Shown: positions 59,329 through 64,000 of the stretch, piece by piece
Layout of the letters: every line of letters starts with the position of its first letter
Numbering within the stretch: position 1 is the stretch's first letter
Assembly (NCBI GenBank): GCA_963812155.1
Contig: CAWETW010000003.1
Span: 1,088,001 to 1,152,000, forward strand
Direction of reading: 5' to 3'
DNA length: 64,000 bases
DNA from: Vulcanimicrobiota bacterium
GTDB taxonomy: Bacteria; Vulcanimicrobiota; Vulcanimicrobiia; Vulcanimicrobiales; Vulcanimicrobiaceae
Made by a program: the position numbers and the translations under genes
The notes under the pieces: generated by a model
What the model saw: the letters and a program-made list of their open reading frames with translations, nothing else
Told to the model about the DNA's origin: nothing
The model's database searches: none

Positions 59329-59367
59329 ACTTTGCAATAGAGAGTTAATAACTTTGTACCACAAAGT
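59329..59367. promoter_or_regulatory. Tandem palindromic operator sites
   Basis: Perfect ACTTTGT-N3-ACAAAGT at 59351-59367 and an imperfect copy 22 bp away at 59329-59345. Confidence 0.65.
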
Positions 59368-59447
59368 ATATGGGCATGCAAGGGGTACCATTCGGCGTGC
59401 AAGAGGTCAGGGCGCCAGGCGGGAAGAGAGCGGGAAGCTCCAGGCCG

Positions 59448-59593
59448 CCCTTCGACTACGCATCGCTTAGCGATGCTGCGCTCAGGGTGACACCGGAGGC
59501 GCACCCGCGATCGACTGTGGATGACGCGGGGGCGCACGCGCGATCGACTGTGGATGACACCGGGGCGCACGCGCGATCGACTGTAGATGACAC
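59448..59593 (+). repeat. REP-like hairpin followed by a 33-bp tandem repeat x3
   Basis: CCCTTCGACTAC-GCATCGC-TTA-GCGATGC-TGCGCTCAGGGTGACAC, then GGCGCAC.CGCGATCGACTGT.GATGAC.C at 59498, 59531 and 59564. Confidence 0.8.
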
Positions 59594-59621
59594 TGCACTT
59601 ACTTTGAAGGAGAACGATTTC

Positions 59622-60830
59622 TTGAATGCACCGTTGTTTCGAGGGCTCGCGATAGCGGGCATTGCGTCGCTTGCCGCTTGCTCGGGCGGTTCGGGGTACT
59701 CGGCGCTCCCCTCCCAACCTCAAGCGGCGGCCCCGCTTGGCCAGTCGGCGTCGAACGTGCGGGCGGCGTGCCCAGAGTCCCCGCGTCCCGGTTACGCGCG
59801 CTGCTTCGCGCTCATCCGTACCGACATCGCACCGCGGCGCGGCATGCAGCCCGACGTGGGCGGGTATAAGCCGGCGGATCTTCAGGCAGCGTACAACCTT
59901 CCGTCGTCGACGAATGGGACGGGACAAGTCGTCGGCATCGTCGACGCGTTCGACGATCCTAACGCCGAGAGCGATCTGGCCGTGTATCGTTCGGAGTTCG
60001 GCCTGCCGGCGTGCACGACGGCCAACGGTTGCTTTACAAAGGTGAGCCAGAGCGGTTCGCGCACGAAGTTTCCAAAGGGGAATCCCAACTGGGCCGGTGA
60101 GATATCGCTCGATCTCGACATGGCGTCGGCGATTTGCCCGCTTTGCAAAATCATTCTCGTCGAAGCGAGCACGAATCGTTTGGTGAGCCTTGCGAAGTCG
60201 GTCGATCGCGCGGTCGCGATGGGTGCGACCGTCGTGAGCAACTCCTACGGCGGCACCGGCGGCGGCGGTTCGAATCCGGGCTACGACCATCCTGGAACGA
60301 TCATCACCGCGAGTTCCGGCGACAGCGGTTACGGCTATTCGTCGCCGTGCGACTACACGACCGTCGTGTGTATCGGCGGAACGTCGCTGAAAAAGGGCGG
60401 CGGTTCGCGCGGCTGGACCGAATCCGCGTGGGGAGGCGCCGGCAGCGGCTGCGCGGGCTTGGTGAACAAGCCGTCGTGGCAGACTGACGCCGGCTGCGCG
60501 CATCGCTCGGAGTCCGACGTGTCGGCGGTCGCCGACCCTAGCACCGGCGTGGCGTTCTACGACACGTATCCGAGCGGCGGCTGGGGCGTCATCGGCGGCA
60601 CCAGCGTTTCGTCGCCGATCATCGCATCGGTGTTTGCGCTCGCGGGCAACGCGGCGTCGCAGAACTACGCCGCGGGCATTTGGGCGGCCGGCGGTTCCTC
60701 TTCGCTCAACGACGTCACGACCGGCAACAACGGCTCGTGCCCGAAGAAATTCCCGTACATCTGTAAGGCGGGGCCGGGATACGATGGTCCGACGGGTTGG
60801 GGAACGCCCAACGGCGTCGGGGCGTTCTAA
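59622..60830 (+). CDS. S53 (sedolisin-like) peptidase lipoprotein
   Basis: TTG start after AAGGAG; lipobox LAAC; EISLD, ASSGDSG, GGTSVSSP, GYDGPTGWGTP. Confidence 0.88.
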   Translation: MNAPLFRGLAIAGIASLAACSGGSGYSALPSQPQAAAPLGQSASNVRAACPESPRPGYARCFALIRTDIAPRRGMQPDVGGYKPADLQAAYNLPSSTNGTGQVVGIVDAFDDPNAESDLAVYRSEFGLPACTTANGCFTKVSQSGSRTKFPKGNPNWAGEISLDLDMASAICPLCKIILVEASTNRLVSLAKSVDRAVAMGATVVSNSYGGTGGGGSNPGYDHPGTIITASSGDSGYGYSSPCDYTTVVCIGGTSLKKGGGSRGWTESAWGGAGSGCAGLVNKPSWQTDAGCAHRSESDVSAVADPSTGVAFYDTYPSGGWGVIGGTSVSSPIIASVFALAGNAASQNYAAGIWAAGGSSSLNDVTTGNNGSCPKKFPYICKAGPGYDGPTGWGTPNGVGAF

Positions 60831-60852
60831 ACTCGAACGTCGACGGGAGCGC

Positions 60853-61383
60853 ATGAGTACCGATTCAATGAGCGTCGCCCTATCGGTGGCGACGCTCATC
60901 GTGGTTGGGGCAGCGTCGGTTGCGGCGATCGTCCAACTGCGGCATCTCCGCGCGAGCAATCAACTCAACGCGTTGCTCGAGATCATGAATCAGTGGAACG
61001 TTCCGATGGTTCAAGAGGCGTTGGCTGAGTTGATAAAGATGCCCGAAAAGATGAAGGATCCCCAGTACGTCGCGCTACTGCGAAACCCGAGCTCCATCGA
61101 CCGCAAGACGCACCTAGAGTTTTTGGCGCTCGATCTTTGGGAGCAGATCGGGACGTACTGCAAGCACGGGCTTATCGACGAGGCGATACTGCTCGATATT
61201 ACTTCGGGTCAAGTCGCGCGAGGCTGGAACTGTGCCCAAGCAGCGATTGCGATTCTCCGTGAAAGCATAGGGCTATCTTCGATGGAAAACTTCGAGTATC
61301 TCGCCGTCCGCGCGAAGCTGTGGGCGCAGAAGTATCCGTCTGGAACCTATCCGAAGCGGTTGCCGCGAATGAGTGATATGTAG
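60853..61383 (+). CDS. DUF4760-like protein
   Basis: N-terminal TM, QLRHLR.SNQ, WEQIG...K.GLIDE, ENFEYLA. Confidence 0.65.
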   Translation: MSTDSMSVALSVATLIVVGAASVAAIVQLRHLRASNQLNALLEIMNQWNVPMVQEALAELIKMPEKMKDPQYVALLRNPSSIDRKTHLEFLALDLWEQIGTYCKHGLIDEAILLDITSGQVARGWNCAQAAIAILRESIGLSSMENFEYLAVRAKLWAQKYPSGTYPKRLPRMSDM

Positions 61384-61386
61384 GCA

Positions 61387-61417
61387 CCCCTTCGACTGCG
61401 CGTGCTGCGGCACGTTC
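61387..61417 (+). repeat. Truncated REP-like copy
   Basis: CCCTTCGACTGCG-CGTGC-TGCG-GCACG. Confidence 0.6.
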
Positions 61418-61448
61418 ATCGGAGTTTGCAGTAGGGTAAGAGGAGCTC

Positions 61449-61634
61449 ATGAGTGATAGACTTTCCAACGAACACGACCATGACGTCTCGAAGAAGGCAA
61501 CGCCGGAGCATGAGGCGCCGGACGGCGGCGTGGTGGGTCCAAGCGAGAAGACCGGTGGAGCGCCGGCGCCGAACGTGATTCCCAGCAACGAGGGTGGGAC
61601 GGCGGATACGGTTCACGATCACACGCACCACTAA
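61449..61634 (+). CDS. Small hydrophilic hypothetical protein
   Basis: GAGGAG RBS; 61 aa, appears disordered. Confidence 0.55.
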   Translation: MSDRLSNEHDHDVSKKATPEHEAPDGGVVGPSEKTGGAPAPNVIPSNEGGTADTVHDHTHH

Positions 61635-61694
61635 GGACTGCGGCCGCGGCGGAGGATGCACGGGCGGGGAGCGTCACATAGTAGCGTCGTGACG

Positions 61695-62105
61695 ATGCTC
61701 GCCGCCTTGCTGATCGGGCTGGTTGTCGGCCTCCGAACCTTTACCGCGCCGGCGGTACTGTTGTGGCTGCGCGATCGCGGCGGCGCGTGGGCGATTCTGG
61801 CTTCAATCGGCGCGGTTATCGAGTACTACGGAGACGTCCATCCGAAGGCGCCGCCGCGGACGGCTGCGAGCGGCATGGTGGCGCGCATTCTCGCAGGTGC
61901 ATTCTGCGGATGGCAGATCTCTTTGATGCACGGTGGTTCGGCGACCGGCGGAGCGATGTTGGGCGTGGTGGGCGCCGTGGCGGGAGCGTACGGCAGCCTC
62001 GCGTTGCGGAAGAAGGCCATCGAGGCGATCGGCGTGGTGCCTTCGGGATTGCTCGAAGACGCGATAGCGATCGCGTTATCGTTCGTGATTATCGTTAAGG
62101 CGTAA
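61695..62105 (+). CDS. DUF4126-like membrane protein
   Basis: GLRTFTAP, E..GD..P..P.RT, ARI..GA, LLEDAIA. Confidence 0.72.
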   Translation: MLAALLIGLVVGLRTFTAPAVLLWLRDRGGAWAILASIGAVIEYYGDVHPKAPPRTAASGMVARILAGAFCGWQISLMHGGSATGGAMLGVVGAVAGAYGSLALRKKAIEAIGVVPSGLLEDAIAIALSFVIIVKA

Positions 62106-62112
62106 ACGCAAC

Positions 62113-62140
62113 AGGACCCCGGCTTTGTAGCCGAGGTCCT
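62113..62140 (-). terminator. Terminator-like hairpin (duplicated at 62875-62902)
   Basis: Minus strand reads AGGACCTCGGCT-ACAA-AGCCGGGGTCCT. Confidence 0.65.
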
Positions 62141-62158
62141 CGCGTTGGTTTTGCCGGT

Positions 62159-62773
62159 TTACGGTTTCGTGAGTTCGAACCAAACGTTGTTACCAACGGG
62201 AACGGTACCGAGTAAAGGTAGCGGCGACCACGGACTCGTGCTAAAGAACAGCGTGCCGCCGCCCGTCGGCGATCCGAGGTTGATCGGAAAACCGGCTATT
62301 AGCGTGAAGCTGTTATCGTAGGCGTAGAACTTGTAAGTGTTGCCGATCGGAACGCCGGTGAATCTGGACCGGTTCGAGTTCGGCGGTACGACCGGCGCGG
62401 TGAAGCTGGCCGGCGCGGGATCTTGCGGAAGCACGTGCAGTTGGATAAAAAGCACTGGCGTTTCGCCGGTCGGCACCGGAACGCCGCCGGGATTGCTGGT
62501 AAAGCCCTGCGTCGTAAATTTCAAGCCACCCGTGGTTCCGGGACCGTAGTACAAACGACCGATGAATCCGCCGCAAGTCGTGACTTTGAGAAAACTGGTA
62601 ACGGCGCTACGTGTGAAAACATCCTTGATATTGCAGTTATCCGGATGAGCCCGAACGTTCGGTGCGGAGACCAGCGCCTGGGCGCCCGACGGCAGCGAAC
62701 TCTGATTGAGTGCCTGGCCGCAGCCCGCAACGAGCGGCACTGCCAATGCTAGCGCAATGGGAAGAACCTTCAT
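62159..62773 (-). CDS. Hypothetical lipoprotein, tandem copy A (204 aa)
   Basis: GGAG RBS, lipobox VAGC; near-identical to copy B. Confidence 0.8.
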   Translation of the reverse strand: MKVLPIALALAVPLVAGCGQALNQSSLPSGAQALVSAPNVRAHPDNCNIKDVFTRSAVTSFLKVTTCGGFIGRLYYGPGTTGGLKFTTQGFTSNPGGVPVPTGETPVLFIQLHVLPQDPAPASFTAPVVPPNSNRSRFTGVPIGNTYKFYAYDNSFTLIAGFPINLGSPTGGGTLFFSTSPWSPLPLLGTVPVGNNVWFELTKP

Positions 62774-62921
62774 GCTCCAAAACCTCCTAGAATCCGGCCG
62801 CAACGGCGGCCCGATATAGAGGCACGTTTCGGCTTGCGATGTGATGACCTGCTCTGCGTGGAGGTTTATGTGACAGGACCCCGGCTTTGTAGCCGAGGTC
62901 CTGCGCATTCGTTTGTTGGTT

Positions 62922-63536
62922 TTACGGTTTCGTGAGTTCGAACCAAACGCTGGCACCAACGGGAACGCTACCAAGTAAAGGCAGCGGCGACCACGGATTC
63001 ACGGTGAAGAACAGCGTACCGCCGGCCGTCGGCGATCCGAGGTTGATCGGAAAACCGGCTATTAGCGTGAAGCTGTTGTCGTAGGCGTAGAATTTGTAGG
63101 TGTTCCCGGTCGGAACACCGGTGATTCTTGACCGGTTCGAGTTCGGTGGCACGACCGGCGCGGCAAAGCTGGCCGGTGCAGGATCTTGCGGAAGCACGTG
63201 CATTTGGATGAACAGCACCGGCGTTTCGCCGGCCGGCACGGGAACGGAACCGGGATTGCTGGTGAAACCCTGCGTTTGAATTTTCAAACCGCCCACGGAT
63301 CCGGGACCGTAGTACAAACGACCGACCATTCCGCCGCAAGTTGTGACTTTAAGGAAAGTCGTGGCGGCGCTACGCGTGCCATTATCGTGGACATTGCAGT
63401 TATCCGGATGGGCCCGAACGCTCGGCGCGGAGCCCAGCGATTGCGCGCCGGACGGCAGCGAACTCTGGTTGAGCGCTTGGCCGCAGCCGGCAACGACCGG
63501 CAACGCAAACGCAAGCGCAATGGGAAGAACCTTCAT
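62922..63536 (-). CDS. Hypothetical lipoprotein, tandem copy B (204 aa)
   Basis: Same length, lipobox and C-terminus (VWFELTKP) as copy A. Confidence 0.8.
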   Translation of the reverse strand: MKVLPIALAFALPVVAGCGQALNQSSLPSGAQSLGSAPSVRAHPDNCNVHDNGTRSAATTFLKVTTCGGMVGRLYYGPGSVGGLKIQTQGFTSNPGSVPVPAGETPVLFIQMHVLPQDPAPASFAAPVVPPNSNRSRITGVPTGNTYKFYAYDNSFTLIAGFPINLGSPTAGGTLFFTVNPWSPLPLLGSVPVGASVWFELTKP

Positions 63537-63793
63537 GCTCCAAACCCTCCTAATTCGAAGTAGCTCCGGCCGCAACGGGCGGCTCGGATTTGAACCACGT
63601 TTCGGTTTGCGGTGCGATGACCTGCCTCGAATGGAGACAAGCCATCGAGGCCGAACCGATTCTCATAAGTGAAGACGCATTTGACGCTCTATTTCGCCAC
63701 CGTCATCGCGCGGCGACAGCAAAGGCTGCCATAACGGCTGCGGAGTTCTCTACAAACTGACGCAGTGAGTGCGCACGGCAGCTAGCGATAGCG

Positions 63794-64000
63794 TTAGGCG
63801 ATCGTGAGGACGATTTTCCCGCTGACTGAGCCCTTCGCACTTTCTTGAAGGGCGCGCTCGGCGTCGCTGAGGCCCATCTCCTGCGCGATGGCGACGCGCA
63901 GCCGTCCTTCTTCGAGCATGCGCGCCAGCGAGCGCAAACCGTGGTGCGACGATTGCGGCGTGTCAATGAGGACGATGTTGGTTGCCTCGAATCCGTGCTC
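63794..64000 (-). CDS. 3' end of an MDR-family NADP-dependent oxidoreductase (runs off the window)
   Basis: My translation: ...LRSLARMLEEGRLRVAIAQEMGLSDAERALQESAKGSVSGKIVLTIA*. Confidence 0.75.
   Translation of the reverse strand, partial: EHGFEATNIVLIDTPQSSHHGLRSLARMLEEGRLRVAIAQEMGLSDAERALQESAKGSVSGKIVLTIA

Noticed and set aside
59498..59593. 33-bp repeats as a CRISPR array
   Set aside because: The units are directly adjacent with no unique spacers, there are no cas genes, and they extend a REP-like element.
58077..60959. 960-aa minus-strand ORF
   Set aside because: The N-terminal part is the antisense shadow of the S53 peptidase; the real CDS starts at 59291.
62159..63536. Diversity-generating retroelement TR/VR pair
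   Set aside because: The whole gene is duplicated, the differences are not adenine-specific, and there is no reverse transcriptase in the window.

Overview
GC-rich bacterial chromosome segment. The gene families (many lipoprotein beta-propellers, outer-membrane proteins, Gram-positive-type SOS box) resemble Eremiobacterota/Vulcanimicrobiota; this is inference. From left to right: (1) the end of a decayed island at tRNA-Glu/tRNA-Gln, with a tyrosine-integrase relic and broken NHL/GloVer beta-propeller lipoprotein genes, and an HNH nuclease just upstream of the tRNAs; (2) a housekeeping block of sugar-nucleotide/glycosyltransferase genes, pcrA and dapB-asd-aspartokinase-dapA, several carrying indels that look like assembly errors; (3) a five-gene Ni/Co operon (RcnA-like, 2x DUF4331, TPR, NiCoT); (4) a BlaI/BlaR1(M56) module with a clear operator, whose sensor domain is a CxxC-capped pentapeptide-repeat beta-helix, followed by a secreted copy of that domain and CBM9-like/DUF5916-like proteins, which is the best candidate for an undescribed system; (5) secreted enzymes and lipoproteins, an SOS-box imuA-imuB pair without dnaE2, creD, an S53 peptidase and a recent tandem lipoprotein duplication. 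A REP-like hairpin repeat occurs about 10 times, always in the same orientation. All family assignments are by eye from motifs; no database searches were run.
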